Counted from the first letter of the stretch, positions 28,943 to 39,148 are shown. The stretch is 64,000 nt of DNA from Candidatus Aenigmatarchaeota archaeon (GCA_026397315.1 JAPLVC010000007.1:1-64000), one strand, 5' to 3'. Notes: generated by a model not told the origin, from the sequence alone. Numbers and translations: made by a program.

Positions 28943-28994
28943 CTGAAACCATTTATCTAGGTTTGCTGAAACTGGTTTCATATAACTGAAACCA
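28943..28994. promoter_or_regulatory. TGAAAC operator-like repeats in divergent promoter
   Basis: ctgaaacca at 28943 and 28986; palindrome tgaaac-tg-gtttca at 28967-28980. Confidence 0.55.
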
Positions 28995-29045
28995 CAGGCC
29001 GGAAACGGGAAAAATCTTTATAAGACATCCTGGCAAAAATACAGC

Positions 29046-29537
29046 ATGAACCGGTTCAAGGTCATTCTCTCGATTGTCATACTCATTGTCTCGGTTTTGC
29101 TCCTGTTCAGCAAGCTCTTCTCTTCGCAACCCATCACCATAATACTCGAAACGGGGCAGGAAGTTAATACGCTAACTTCAGACTATTTTTCGCTGACGGA
29201 CGCGCTGCTATTGATCGCAAGCTCTTTCCTGATAGGCTCGGTGACCATTTACCTGTTCTACAACTCGGATACGAAGGAAGTGATAAAATCCTTCAGGAAG
29301 GAGAACGGCATGAAAGAAAGGTATGGCATGGTCATCCCGCTGCTGAGAAAAGAGGAAAGAGCCGTCTTCCAGGAGCTCGTCGATTCTAACGGTGAGATGC
29401 TCCAGAACGCGCTCGTGCTGAAATCCGGCATGTCTAAAGTAAAGATGACGAGAGTCCTTTCGAGTCTCGAGCGCAAGGGCCTTATTCTGAAGGAAAGGCA
29501 CGGCCTCACCAACAGGATAAAGCTGAAGCCAGCTTGA
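29046..29537 (+). CDS. membrane-associated winged-helix regulator
   Basis: 2 TM, then 'GEMLQNALV..SGMSKVKMTRVLSSLERKGLI.KERHG.TN'. Confidence 0.85.
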   Translation: MNRFKVILSIVILIVSVLLLFSKLFSSQPITIILETGQEVNTLTSDYFSLTDALLLIASSFLIGSVTIYLFYNSDTKEVIKSFRKENGMKERYGMVIPLLRKEERAVFQELVDSNGEMLQNALVLKSGMSKVKMTRVLSSLERKGLILKERHGLTNRIKLKPA

Positions 29538-29617
29538 ATACGCTGGTACGCAACCGAAAGTAATTTATAATTTATCGCTGTAGTTTAATTCTTGACAGAC
29601 TCTTGAGAGACTGATGG

Positions 29618-30394
29618 ATGTTTATGGAAGATCACAACATTAGCGCGGTACTGGAGCAGTTTAGGAGCCAGGACAGGATATTCAGCAATTTTTACGATTT
29701 GCACGCGAAGGGAAAGCTGGGCGAGTTCATCGAGAGCCTGCCGGACATAAAGCTGCTTTTCCAGCTGAACGACAGGCACTTCAGATGCATCGACGAGCGC
29801 ACGCCTGGCGGATTGCACGCGGCCGGACCGCTGATACTGATGGACGAGGCGAAGGCGATACGACTGCTCAGGACCACGAGGGCCGAGGGGTTATACAGCC
29901 ACGACGGCTGCGGCGCTGCCGGCCTGGCTTTCGCGAACGTCGAGGAGAGCAAAAGGAACTTCTACGTCAACTCGGACAACTACGGCATGTTCTACGCGAA
30001 AGAGCTCGCCAAGAAGGCAGGCATCCCGTATGTTGGCCATTTGCCCGCTCATCCCCATTTTCATGTTGCAAGGATGGCCGTATACGACGGCTCCGGGAAC
30101 TTCGACAACTCCGAGAGGAAGCTGAAGATCGCCGGCCTGCCGCCGTGCTTCGTCATAAGCAGGCGCTGGCACGACGCGGCGGATGCGAAGAACGAGCTGG
30201 GCATAGCCGCGAAAATCGCGACGGGCGACCATGGCTACGGCAGCCTGATAAAGGAGAAGGCGCCTTTCCTGTTCCTGGTCGTCGGGATGAAGAACAAGGA
30301 CTTCTCGCTGCACAAGCTGATGGACGAGGCCAGCGCCGTCGCTAGCGAATTCGCTGGTAAGGTCATCGTCGACGGCTTCGTGGCGCCGGTGTGA
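29618..30394 (+). CDS. beta/zeta carbonic-anhydrase-like metal-binding protein, paralog A
   Basis: 'RCIDER' and 'SHDGCGA' (Cys-x-Asp-x-Arg ... His-x-x-Cys). Confidence 0.55.
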   Translation: MFMEDHNISAVLEQFRSQDRIFSNFYDLHAKGKLGEFIESLPDIKLLFQLNDRHFRCIDERTPGGLHAAGPLILMDEAKAIRLLRTTRAEGLYSHDGCGAAGLAFANVEESKRNFYVNSDNYGMFYAKELAKKAGIPYVGHLPAHPHFHVARMAVYDGSGNFDNSERKLKIAGLPPCFVISRRWHDAADAKNELGIAAKIATGDHGYGSLIKEKAPFLFLVVGMKNKDFSLHKLMDEASAVASEFAGKVIVDGFVAPV

Positions 30395-30432
30395 GCCTGA
30401 AAGATTTAATTCGACTATAAAGGAGGAATATC

Positions 30433-31239
30433 ATGAACGAACATGAAAGTGATGTTTTGCAGGCAGCGAGGCAGGATTATCAGCAGCAGAACGGCATTAT
30501 GAACCAGGTTTACTCAAAAGGAGCCTCGCAATACATACTGAGCATCCCCGGCATTGAAAACGCCTTCACCAGAACCGGCTGGATATTCTCATGCATGGAC
30601 GAGCGCACGCCTCGAGGCAACGTAAGGCTTCCTGGCTCCGGCATACTTTACGAAGACAAAAAATTCATGAAAATGCTGAGGCAGGTACTTGAACAGGCTT
30701 TAGCTGACGGCGAGGACCTCATACTGACGAGCCACGAGAACTGCGGCGCCGGAAAGATAAAGGCTCTCCAGCTCGGGCGCGCCGCATCCGAAGGCGACGA
30801 GATCGCCTACAAAATGATAAGCGAATACGTTGCGAAGCTCGGGCCAAGAGCAAAGCACATCCACTTCAAGAGCGGGCACATGCAGGGCCCGCAAGACCGC
30901 CACATAGCGAGAGTCGTCTATATAGACAACGTGGGCAACCTTAACATTGCACTCATGGACGGCCAGCTTCCGCCGGGCATGGCGCTGAGCAGGAAATACA
31001 TACCGGACAACAAGACCCTGGCGGATTACACAAATGTCGCCCTTGGCATAATCACGGACAAAGGACATGGCTTCGGCAAGTTCATAAGCGATGATGAACC
31101 TATTGTCGTCATACCCATGGCGAGAAACAGGGTTTCAGCCGCTAAAATGACCGACGCCCTCGCACCCATTGTGAATGAACTGAACAAAGACATGGAAAGC
31201 GAAAGTATAATTATAGACCCGGTTGTCATACAGGTTTGA
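30433..31239 (+). CDS. beta/zeta carbonic-anhydrase-like metal-binding protein, paralog B
   Basis: 'SCMDER' and 'SHENCGA'; shares 'H.AR..Y.D', 'LPP', 'GHG.G' with paralog A. Confidence 0.55.
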   Translation: MNEHESDVLQAARQDYQQQNGIMNQVYSKGASQYILSIPGIENAFTRTGWIFSCMDERTPRGNVRLPGSGILYEDKKFMKMLRQVLEQALADGEDLILTSHENCGAGKIKALQLGRAASEGDEIAYKMISEYVAKLGPRAKHIHFKSGHMQGPQDRHIARVVYIDNVGNLNIALMDGQLPPGMALSRKYIPDNKTLADYTNVALGIITDKGHGFGKFISDDEPIVVIPMARNRVSAAKMTDALAPIVNELNKDMESESIIIDPVVIQV

Positions 31240-31319
31240 TTTGTCCGGGGCTCCGTTTTTTACTTTTCTTACATTTTTCCTGATTTTGCTCTTTTTAAGC
31301 CAGTTTCCAATTTCTATCA

Positions 31320-32360
31320 ATGACCGCTAGCGATAGGAAGGAAGCCCTGTTCTACAAAAAACTCGCGGGAAAAAACAAGCTTGTGAAGTGCGAGCTGTGC
31401 CCGCGCTTATGTGTGATTGTGAACGGGAAAACTGGCTTCTGCAGGGTGCGCATGAATTCCGATGGCGTGCTCCGCTCTCTCGTGTATGGGCTGCCCGTTA
31501 CGATAGCGATGGATCCCGTAGAGAAGAAACCTCTGTTCCATTTCGCGCCCGGGTCCCGATGTCTTTCGCTAGCGACGGTCGGCTGCAATTTATGCTGCAA
31601 GTTCTGCCAGAACGCCAGCATCTCTCAGGAATACGGCGCGATAAACGGCGAGCAGATGGAGCCGCGCGAAGTGGTAGCGCTCGCGAAAAGCGAAGGAGCG
31701 GATGGCATCGCGTACACTTACACGGAACCGACAGTTTTCTATGAATACGCGCTGGACATCATGAAGCTCGCGAAGAAGGCGGGGCTTTACAACGTATGGG
31801 TTTCGAATGGCTACACGAATCCGCTGCCGATAAAAAAGATGGCGCGATATCTGGACGCTGTGAATGTTGATTTGAAGGGTAATGACGAATTCTACAAAAA
31901 GGTCTGTGGCGGCATCGGCATTGCGCCCGTGTTCGAGGCGCTGAAAGCCTACAAGAAGAACGGCGTGTGGGTCGAGGTGACGAACCTGATTATCCCGGGG
32001 TATAATGATTCTGATAAAGCGATTGCGAATCTTGTTGAGTGGATTGGGAAGAATTTGGGGACCATCGTCCCTCTGCATTTCTCGGCGTTTTACCCGCAGT
32101 ATAAACTGACGAACGCGCCGGCCACGCCTGCAGCGACGCTCGAAAGAGCGGTGGCTATCGCTAGAAAAAAGGGCATGAAGTGGGTCTACGCCGGCAACGT
32201 TTACGGCAACCGCCACGAATCGACGTGGTGCTGGAAGTGCGATACTCTGGTTATTAAACGCGCCGGCTTCGACGTGCTTTCGCTAGATTTCAAATGCCCG
32301 AAGTGCGGGGAGCGGGTCGAGCTGAAGGGCATGAAGTGGACAAGGAGTGGCGGCGCATGA
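31320..32360 (+). CDS. AmmeMemoRadiSam-type radical SAM enzyme
   Basis: 'CELCPRLC', 'DPVEKKPLFHF', CxxxCxxC 'CNLCCKFCQN', 'YTYTEP'. Confidence 0.9.
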   Translation: MTASDRKEALFYKKLAGKNKLVKCELCPRLCVIVNGKTGFCRVRMNSDGVLRSLVYGLPVTIAMDPVEKKPLFHFAPGSRCLSLATVGCNLCCKFCQNASISQEYGAINGEQMEPREVVALAKSEGADGIAYTYTEPTVFYEYALDIMKLAKKAGLYNVWVSNGYTNPLPIKKMARYLDAVNVDLKGNDEFYKKVCGGIGIAPVFEALKAYKKNGVWVEVTNLIIPGYNDSDKAIANLVEWIGKNLGTIVPLHFSAFYPQYKLTNAPATPAATLERAVAIARKKGMKWVYAGNVYGNRHESTWCWKCDTLVIKRAGFDVLSLDFKCPKCGERVELKGMKWTRSGGA

Positions 32361-33139
32361 AAATGTACAGGGACTGGGCCGGCATTTACGACGCGCTTTA
32401 CACCGCGCAGGGCCAGAGTAAAGACTTACCTTTACTGACGAGGCTCGTGAGGGAATACGGCGGGCCGGTGCTCGAATGCGCCTGCGGGACGGGAAGGGTC
32501 ATGATTCCGCTGGCTAAAGCGGGATTCAAGGTCCACGGCATAGACACGAGCAAAGAGATGCTGGCCGTGCTCGAAAAAAAACTGCGCAAGCTGCCAGGGA
32601 ACGTCAGTAAACGCATAACTTTCGAACGCAAGGATATTAGAAACTTCGCCATGCAGAAGAAGTTCAGGACCTGCATAATCGCCTTCAATTCGCTTTACCA
32701 CCTGCAGAACGACGCCGACATAATGAAGTTTTTCAGGCATGTCAACATGCACCTGGAAAGGAACGGCGTCTTCATAATAGACATATTCGATGCCGACCCG
32801 AATTACGTGCAGGGAAGGTTCGTGCTGCAGGCCGAGGCCGTCGACGCTAAAGGCAGGGTCATGAGGAAATACGGCAAGACCGTCTTCGGCAATAACCAGG
32901 TGAACGACGGCTGGTTCAGGATTGTCATAGAAGGCCGCGGCAAAAGGCGCATGATAAACAAGAAGTTCAAGCTGCGCTATCTCACGCACGACCAGGCCTG
33001 GAAGATGCTGGACGCAGCGGGATTCAAAGTGATGAAGGTATACGCGAACTACGAGTCCGAGCCCTACGACATGGGCAGGCAGAACGAGAAGATGATATTC
33101 GTGGCGAGGAAGACTGGCAAAGCCGCCAGAAAAGCTTAA
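32357..33139 (+). CDS. class I SAM-dependent methyltransferase
   Basis: 'VLECACGTGR', 'GIDTSKEML'. Confidence 0.9.
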   Translation: MKMYRDWAGIYDALYTAQGQSKDLPLLTRLVREYGGPVLECACGTGRVMIPLAKAGFKVHGIDTSKEMLAVLEKKLRKLPGNVSKRITFERKDIRNFAMQKKFRTCIIAFNSLYHLQNDADIMKFFRHVNMHLERNGVFIIDIFDADPNYVQGRFVLQAEAVDAKGRVMRKYGKTVFGNNQVNDGWFRIVIEGRGKRRMINKKFKLRYLTHDQAWKMLDAAGFKVMKVYANYESEPYDMGRQNEKMIFVARKTGKAARKA

Positions 33140-33163
33140 ATTGAACAAGCGGGATGAATTAAT

Positions 33164-33601
33164 ATGGACCCGAAAAAACGCGAAGAGGCAGTAAAGAAGC
33201 GCCTGAAGGACGGATGGATAAAGGTCGGCTTCATGATAGAAGCGATGGCCATATCGAAAGAAACGACTGAGTCCGCCCTGAAGAAGCACGTCGAGAAGAT
33301 GGAAAAAGAGAAAGACGTGATCATAAGCAGGAAGGAATTCAAGCCGACCGAAGAGATCAAAAAACCGCTGCCCAACATCGAGAAGGGATATTCGCAGGTA
33401 GTCGACGTGGAGCTTGTGGCCAAGAGCTTCGACAAGCTCATTTACATGTCCATGAACTACGGGCCTTCGGCGATAGAGATACTCGAGCCGAACAAGATAA
33501 CCATGGACTTCGGCGAGGCGCAGGGAATCCTTAACTCGATAGCGTCAGTAATGCACACCTTTGCCGCCATGAGAGGCGGGGGCCTGCTGGTCTCGACCTG
33601 A
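33164..33601 (+). CDS. conserved hypothetical protein
   Basis: host-like codon usage; 'NYGPSAIEILEP'. Confidence 0.7.
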   Translation: MDPKKREEAVKKRLKDGWIKVGFMIEAMAISKETTESALKKHVEKMEKEKDVIISRKEFKPTEEIKKPLPNIEKGYSQVVDVELVAKSFDKLIYMSMNYGPSAIEILEPNKITMDFGEAQGILNSIASVMHTFAAMRGGGLLVST

Positions 33602-33669
33602 GGCTTCTTTTAATTCTTTAGATTTATTCTTTCAGCTAACCTTGTTAAAATAAAAAAGGTGTGAAAAGC

Positions 33670-34170
33670 TTACTCTTTCTTTTTTTTGGAAGCGCGTGGC
33701 TTCTTGGCTTTCGCTTCGGCGTGTTCAGGTTTGTGCTCTTTCGCTTCCGTGTGCTCGGCCTTGTGTTCATGCTTCGCTTCCTTGTGTTCCGTTTTGTGCG
33801 CCTCGTGCTCGTGATCGGTTTTTTGCTCGTGGTGGACGTGCACCAGCTTCGCTTCCTTGTGCTTCGCCGCGCGCTCTGCCGAGAGCCTGAGCTGCTCTTC
33901 CGTGAACGGCACAATCTTCAGCCTGGCAAAAATGTCGTCTTTCTCGTAGGCTTTCATTATCTCCTCGTCGGTCGCGTTCTCGGCTATCTCGATCTTGTAG
34001 GGCGTCGCCTCGAGGTGATGGCAGTTGCACTTCCTGCGCCTGACGTGCGTCGCTGCTTTCGGGCCGGTTATAAGAAGGAATTCCTTGTCCTTCTCTTTCG
34101 CGACGACCACGCAATACTTGCCGGCTTCACGGCCGGCGACTTTCATGCATATCCTTCCTATCTCGAACAT
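33670..34170 (-). CDS. rpl14e: 50S ribosomal protein L14e with His/Glu/Lys-rich C-terminal extension
   Basis: 'EIGRICMKVAGREAGKYCVVV...LITGP...VRRRKCN..HLE'. Confidence 0.92.
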   Translation of the reverse strand: MFEIGRICMKVAGREAGKYCVVVAKEKDKEFLLITGPKAATHVRRRKCNCHHLEATPYKIEIAENATDEEIMKAYEKDDIFARLKIVPFTEEQLRLSAERAAKHKEAKLVHVHHEQKTDHEHEAHKTEHKEAKHEHKAEHTEAKEHKPEHAEAKAKKPRASKKKKE

Positions 34171-34193
34171 ATCAAAAACCTCCTAATAGTCGC

Positions 34194-34478
34194 CTATTGG
34201 ACAGACTCGTAGAGCCTTTTCCTTATTTCCCTTCTGGAGCATGACGAGCAAAGGTTGCCGCCGAACTTCCTTTCAGGGCGCTTTTCGCTTCTGGAAAGCT
34301 TCGCTGTTCCCGCATCCGTCTTCCTGGTCATGCCTGTGAGCGGATGCTTGCAGACCGCGCATTTCGCGAAGGCGTTTTTCCTGCCTTCGTGACGCAAAAC
34401 AGTCTTGCCGCCGGGTACCCTTACCTTTAGCTTTCTAAGAGACCTTGAACGCAGACTTCTTTTCACCATTTTCATCAA
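34194..34478 (-). CDS. rpl34e: 50S ribosomal protein L34e
   Basis: 'RVPGG', 'CAVC', 'KRPERKFGGNLCSSC'. Confidence 0.92.
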   Translation of the reverse strand: MMKMVKRSLRSRSLRKLKVRVPGGKTVLRHEGRKNAFAKCAVCKHPLTGMTRKTDAGTAKLSRSEKRPERKFGGNLCSSCSRREIRKRLYESVQ

Positions 34479-34568
34479 CTCCTGTAAACATCAGTCACTA
34501 GCGTATCTATTATATCATATGTATATATTTAAAAAGTTTCAGGCGCTCGCTAGGGAAACAGAAAAAGC

Positions 34569-37181
34569 TCATCCCACGTATTCCTTGCCGTTGAACTTGA
34601 CCGCGAAACCTTTGCTGGCGGTCTTCGTGTCGTACTCGATTATCACTTCTTCCATAGGCGCGAGCTCGAGGATTTCCCATGTTAGCGTTTCTGTCGACTC
34701 GTCGAACGGCTCTATCTTGGGTTTGACGTTGCAGCGTATGAAAGCGCCACGAGGGACGGAATCGCGCACGATTATGTCTTCAAGCGTCTTATTCGTTTTG
34801 TTGCGGACCTTCAGCATCACGCGCGGGCCGCTCACTGTTTTCTCGAGCTTCAGCGGGCCGCCGCCAAGCGACAGCGAGAACCGCTTTTCGCCGCCGGACT
34901 TCATCGTCACCCCGCCCGGCGAAGCGGCTGCTTTCCTGCTTTTCATTATCCTGAGAGCGGCGAAAGCTATGCCGCCGCAAGAGGCTATAAGGACTATTAT
35001 TTCCAGCAAAAGGATGAAGTCGAAAGGCTCGGGAACATTTACAGAGGAGATGTCCAGGAAATAGCCGCCCTTCCTCGCTGTGAAGTCGACGCGCCCGGCG
35101 TGCTTTATCTCTATCGCGGCCGTGCCGCTGCTGTCGGTCTCGTAATCGTCCTCTACCAGCGGGTCCGTGTCGAGGTATTTGACGAGTATCCTGACCCCGT
35201 CGACGGGCTCATAGTTCTGGTCCACGACCTTCAGGGCGAATTTCTGCCCCACCTCGAAGCTGCTTGGCAGCGCCATGGAAAGCATCCTCTCGACACATTC
35301 GTTCGCGGAAGAACAGGTCTCGTTCTCGTCGCACTGCAGGTCGCTGCAGCAGTAGCCTATGTCCATGTCGCATTTGTGGCTGCTTATCTTCTCCGGGCAT
35401 GCGCAGCTGACGGCCTTGCAAGCGTGAGTCGCTAGGTCACAGACCTGCGTGCCTGAGCAGACGCTGTCTGAGCAGCAGTCGTAATAGACGCACTGGTGGT
35501 CGGAAGCGTAGCCGCAGTTGCACTCAAGATCCTGGCACTCCCACGCAAGGCACGTCTGCTCGTCGTTGCAGTCGGCGGGCCAAACGCATTCGTAAGCGGG
35601 ATATACCGTGAAAGAAACGCTGGTCGTGTTGGTCACATTCGCAGATGACACGCAGATGAACACTACTTCCTCGCCGCCCTCCATGTCGGAAACGTTAATG
35701 TACATGGTGAACATGGTGGAGCCAACCGCCTGCATCTGGCCGGACATGCTGCCTATAGTGTAGTTGCAAGAGTTCATGTCGCTGTCGCTGTAGACGGACA
35801 ACGCTAGCGTCAGGTTGACGGTCAGGTTGTATTTCATGTAAGTCTCGTTCTTGGGGGATGCTATTGAAATGATGAACGCACTGGCGTTCGATTCGTTAGT
35901 TGGTATGGGGGTTAGCGCTAGCGCCAGCGACGAATCGCTGGTCAGGTTGAACGCCGTGTAATTCGATGCGTATCCCGTTTTGCTCACGTTGACGAAATAA
36001 GGATTGAACAGGAAAGTGCCGCTCGCGTTCTCGATTTTTTCATTGAGCACTTGAGACGTTATGTAGCCCTGTGCGTTTGTGTTGCCTGAAAACACGATTC
36101 CGGACAGGTTGCTCATGACCACGACCTGCGCGGCGTTTATGAAACTGCTCGCGTTGTCGATCGCCCGTACGCTAAGCTGCCACTTGCGGATGCCATAAGT
36201 ATATGTGGTGTTGGTTATGGTAGTGGAAACGGCGGATCTCATCCACAGGTCGTATATGCCGCTCGCGTTTACCAGATTGTTTGCGAGAAGCGTGTTCGAA
36301 GTGGTATCGATGTAAAGGCCGTAACCCGTATTGCCAAGTATCACGTTGCCGGTGACGATGCTGTTGGCGGAGTTGGCCAGCTCGAGGCCGTAGGAACCCT
36401 TGTTCGCCTCTATCCTGTTGCCTGTCAAGTTGTTGCCCACGCCGGCGATGCCGAAGCCGCCCCCGCTGTTGTTGAAGAATATGTTCGAGCTTATCACAGA
36501 ATTGTTTATGAGGAACGCCGGGAACGCAGTGGAGCTGCTGTTGGCTATGACGTTCGAGGAGAGCGTTATGCCGCTGCCGGTCATGCCGGCGATGTTGCCG
36601 CCGCTGTTCGAGACGAGCGTGTTGCCCGTTATGATGTCGTTCGAGCCCGAGACTTCGATGCCCACGTAATTGGAGGCGAACGTGCTGGCGCTCACGTTGC
36701 TGCCTGAAGCGTAAAGCAGAAGGGCGTAATAGTTGTTCGCGAATGTAACGTTGGAAATGACGGTGCCGGACGACTTGACATAGACGCCTCTCATCTTGTT
36801 GTCGCCGGAAATGAAGCCGCAGCCGCTCACGGACGAGTCGCGGATTGAGAGGGTCGCGCCCGTGTTAGATACGAACGTGTATGCATACGACGATTCGCTG
36901 CGTATGGTCGAGCCGGCTATGGAAAGCGTGCCGTTGACATCTATGCCGAACTGGCCGTTATAGTTCGAGTTAAAACTGAGAATTGAGTTTTCCAGCGTTA
37001 GGTTGCTCACACCGTTAATCAGCAGGCTGCCGTTGAGGACTATGGTCTGGGACGAGCAGACGATGTTCTCCGTAATCAGCCAATCTCCAGTCGCGGGCGG
37101 CTCGCATCCCTGGGCGGCTGCATATCCAGGCTGCGCAGCGAAAGCTATTGCAAACGCTATCGCTAAAATCCAACTCCTCAT
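34569..37181 (-). CDS. surface protein with right-handed beta-helix (NosD/pectin-lyase-like) and Cys-rich repeats
   Basis: signal peptide; N/S/G-rich parallel beta-helix repeats; C-x-x-D-x-x-C repeats; TM near C-terminus. Confidence 0.8.
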   Translation of the reverse strand: MRSWILAIAFAIAFAAQPGYAAAQGCEPPATGDWLITENIVCSSQTIVLNGSLLINGVSNLTLENSILSFNSNYNGQFGIDVNGTLSIAGSTIRSESSYAYTFVSNTGATLSIRDSSVSGCGFISGDNKMRGVYVKSSGTVISNVTFANNYYALLLYASGSNVSASTFASNYVGIEVSGSNDIITGNTLVSNSGGNIAGMTGSGITLSSNVIANSSSTAFPAFLINNSVISSNIFFNNSGGGFGIAGVGNNLTGNRIEANKGSYGLELANSANSIVTGNVILGNTGYGLYIDTTSNTLLANNLVNASGIYDLWMRSAVSTTITNTTYTYGIRKWQLSVRAIDNASSFINAAQVVVMSNLSGIVFSGNTNAQGYITSQVLNEKIENASGTFLFNPYFVNVSKTGYASNYTAFNLTSDSSLALALTPIPTNESNASAFIISIASPKNETYMKYNLTVNLTLALSVYSDSDMNSCNYTIGSMSGQMQAVGSTMFTMYINVSDMEGGEEVVFICVSSANVTNTTSVSFTVYPAYECVWPADCNDEQTCLAWECQDLECNCGYASDHQCVYYDCCSDSVCSGTQVCDLATHACKAVSCACPEKISSHKCDMDIGYCCSDLQCDENETCSSANECVERMLSMALPSSFEVGQKFALKVVDQNYEPVDGVRILVKYLDTDPLVEDDYETDSSGTAAIEIKHAGRVDFTARKGGYFLDISSVNVPEPFDFILLLEIIVLIASCGGIAFAALRIMKSRKAAASPGGVTMKSGGEKRFSLSLGGGPLKLEKTVSGPRVMLKVRNKTNKTLEDIIVRDSVPRGAFIRCNVKPKIEPFDESTETLTWEILELAPMEEVIIEYDTKTASKGFAVKFNGKEYVG

Positions 37182-37213
37182 AAGTTAATCTTGGCCGAGC
37201 CCTCTTATATTGG

Positions 37214-38329
37214 TTAAATGAGTTCGTATAAAATCCTCGGCGCGCTCTTCAGAATGACTTTCCACACAGTCCTGTAGTCCTGCTCGCTGTCGACCAGGCC
37301 GCACATGACGTTGCCGAAAGTCCTGCTTCTCGCGGAGAGGCGTATGAATATTTCCAGTATAGTCTTGTGCGAAAGCAGGTTTCGCATCTTAATGCCCTCG
37401 CGTATGTAATGCCCGTATTCCTCGCGCCACATGCGCTCGTAGCTTGCGATATCGCCTGAAGCGATCGCTTTCGCAGCGAGCTCGGCTCCCCACATCGCAT
37501 AAGTTATGCCCGCGCCCATCATGGGGTCGACGTGCCCCGCGGCATCGCCAATCAGGAGCCAGTCCTCGCCCGATGTAGGCAACTGCAAAAATCCCTCGTC
37601 TTTCGGCATGGGCAGCATAGCCGCCCAAGTGGAAAGCACTTTCGTGTGGCTGGCGTATTTTTTCATGAATTTATCCAGCTCCGCCTTCAGGTGTTTTCCG
37701 TTTTCCAGAACGGTCCCGACACCGATGCTTATGTCCTCTTCGCGCGGGAAGAACCACGCGTAGCCTTCCATGCCTTTAAGGAACTGTATGGTCGTCATTT
37801 CTTCAGCGTGCCTCGGGCTCTTCGCGAAGACGCCAAGGCAGACGCCGAGGTGCTCTTTAGGTATCGGGCCGATGAGCTTTCGCCTCACCAAACTGTTCAC
37901 CCCGTCCGCTCCTACAAGCACTTCGGCTTCGTACGTTTTTTTGTTTGTCTTTATTTTCCAGGAATCTCCGCTCCTTTCGAAATCGACTACCCTCTCCTCA
38001 ACAAGATTCGAACCAGCGTCAATCGCTTTGTGCAGAATGAACATGTCCATGCGCTTTCTCGAAAAAGCAGACGTTTCCTCGTCTCCCGTGACCAGCGCCT
38101 CTTTTCCACCAGGAGATACTAGCTTCAACCAGTCGTCGTTGTCATCGTAATGCAGCCCGTGCAGCAAAGTAAATTTCTTCAAAGCCAGCGCCGATATCCC
38201 GCCGCCGCACGGCTTCTCGCGCGGGTGCGAGTCGTCAAAAATAGTCGCCTTTATGCCTTCGCTAGCGAGACAGTAGCCGAGATGCGCTCCCGCCGGCCCT
38301 CCGCCGACGATGGCGATGGGAATTTTCAT
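37214..38329 (-). CDS. geranylgeranyl reductase family FAD oxidoreductase
   Basis: GGGPAG, 'KPCGGG', 'GADG', 'GDAAG.VDP..G.GI'. Confidence 0.88.
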   Translation of the reverse strand: MKIPIAIVGGGPAGAHLGYCLASEGIKATIFDDSHPREKPCGGGISALALKKFTLLHGLHYDDNDDWLKLVSPGGKEALVTGDEETSAFSRKRMDMFILHKAIDAGSNLVEERVVDFERSGDSWKIKTNKKTYEAEVLVGADGVNSLVRRKLIGPIPKEHLGVCLGVFAKSPRHAEEMTTIQFLKGMEGYAWFFPREEDISIGVGTVLENGKHLKAELDKFMKKYASHTKVLSTWAAMLPMPKDEGFLQLPTSGEDWLLIGDAAGHVDPMMGAGITYAMWGAELAAKAIASGDIASYERMWREEYGHYIREGIKMRNLLSHKTILEIFIRLSARSRTFGNVMCGLVDSEQDYRTVWKVILKSAPRILYELI

Positions 38330-38377
38330 GAAACATAATTCGATACAAAACAATAAAAGCAGTTTCTTTCCTTTCGT

Positions 38378-39148
38378 CTATTCTGCGACTGGTCTGTTAG
38401 TCCCTATCTTGCCTGCAGGCGTCGCTTTCTTCGATCGTCTTGACACGACTTTCTCCTCAGGCACTTTGCCAGCGATGTCGGGCTTCGCAACAGCAGGTTT
38501 CGTTTCTACATACTGGAAGTTCGTCGGGGGCGTCACTGGCGAAGCGTTGGATTCGACTGGCCGCTTCTCTGTCGCGAACGACGTGAGGTTCGCCGGCTTC
38601 GCTTCAGGCTTCGTCATTCTGGCGAGCGACGCTTGCTCGTTGGACTGGTCCTTCGCCTTCGCAGCCTGCAGGCCGTTGTGGAGCATCTCCTTTATCTTCT
38701 GCCTGTCGAGGCCGAAATAACGTTCGAATTCCTTGGTGACTGAAAGCTTGACCGTGCGCCCCTCTTTCTCGGCTTTCAGCAGGCCCTTCTTCCTCAGCTT
38801 CTTGATGTAAGCGTAAGCTTTGTTACCCTGTATCTCCACGACGTGGCTCTGCTTGACCGGTTCTTTATACACGACTAACGCGAGCGTTCGTTTATGGCCG
38901 TCCCTAAGGTCGGAATAAGGCGTCAGGTGGGCGACCTTCGGGAGGACTTCAGGCTTGACGCGCATCTCCCAGCCCTCCGGGTTGCGGATGACCTCGACTC
39001 CCTTGCCCTCGCTGGCGTATTCCTTGACTATCGCGTCCAGCGTCTTCTCGACGTTCCTAGGGGTGACGCCGGTCACTTTCGCTATCTCGTCGGCGCTCAT
39101 CGTCCTGGACGACATGAACAGCGCGGCCTCAATCAGCTTCCTAGACAT
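38378..39148 (-). CDS. scpB: SMC-Scp complex subunit ScpB
   Basis: 'IEAALF', 'TLALVVYKEPVKQS', 'TKEFERYFGL'; low-complexity C-tail. Confidence 0.85.
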   Translation of the reverse strand: MSRKLIEAALFMSSRTMSADEIAKVTGVTPRNVEKTLDAIVKEYASEGKGVEVIRNPEGWEMRVKPEVLPKVAHLTPYSDLRDGHKRTLALVVYKEPVKQSHVVEIQGNKAYAYIKKLRKKGLLKAEKEGRTVKLSVTKEFERYFGLDRQKIKEMLHNGLQAAKAKDQSNEQASLARMTKPEAKPANLTSFATEKRPVESNASPVTPPTNFQYVETKPAVAKPDIAGKVPEEKVVSRRSKKATPAGKIGTNRPVAE

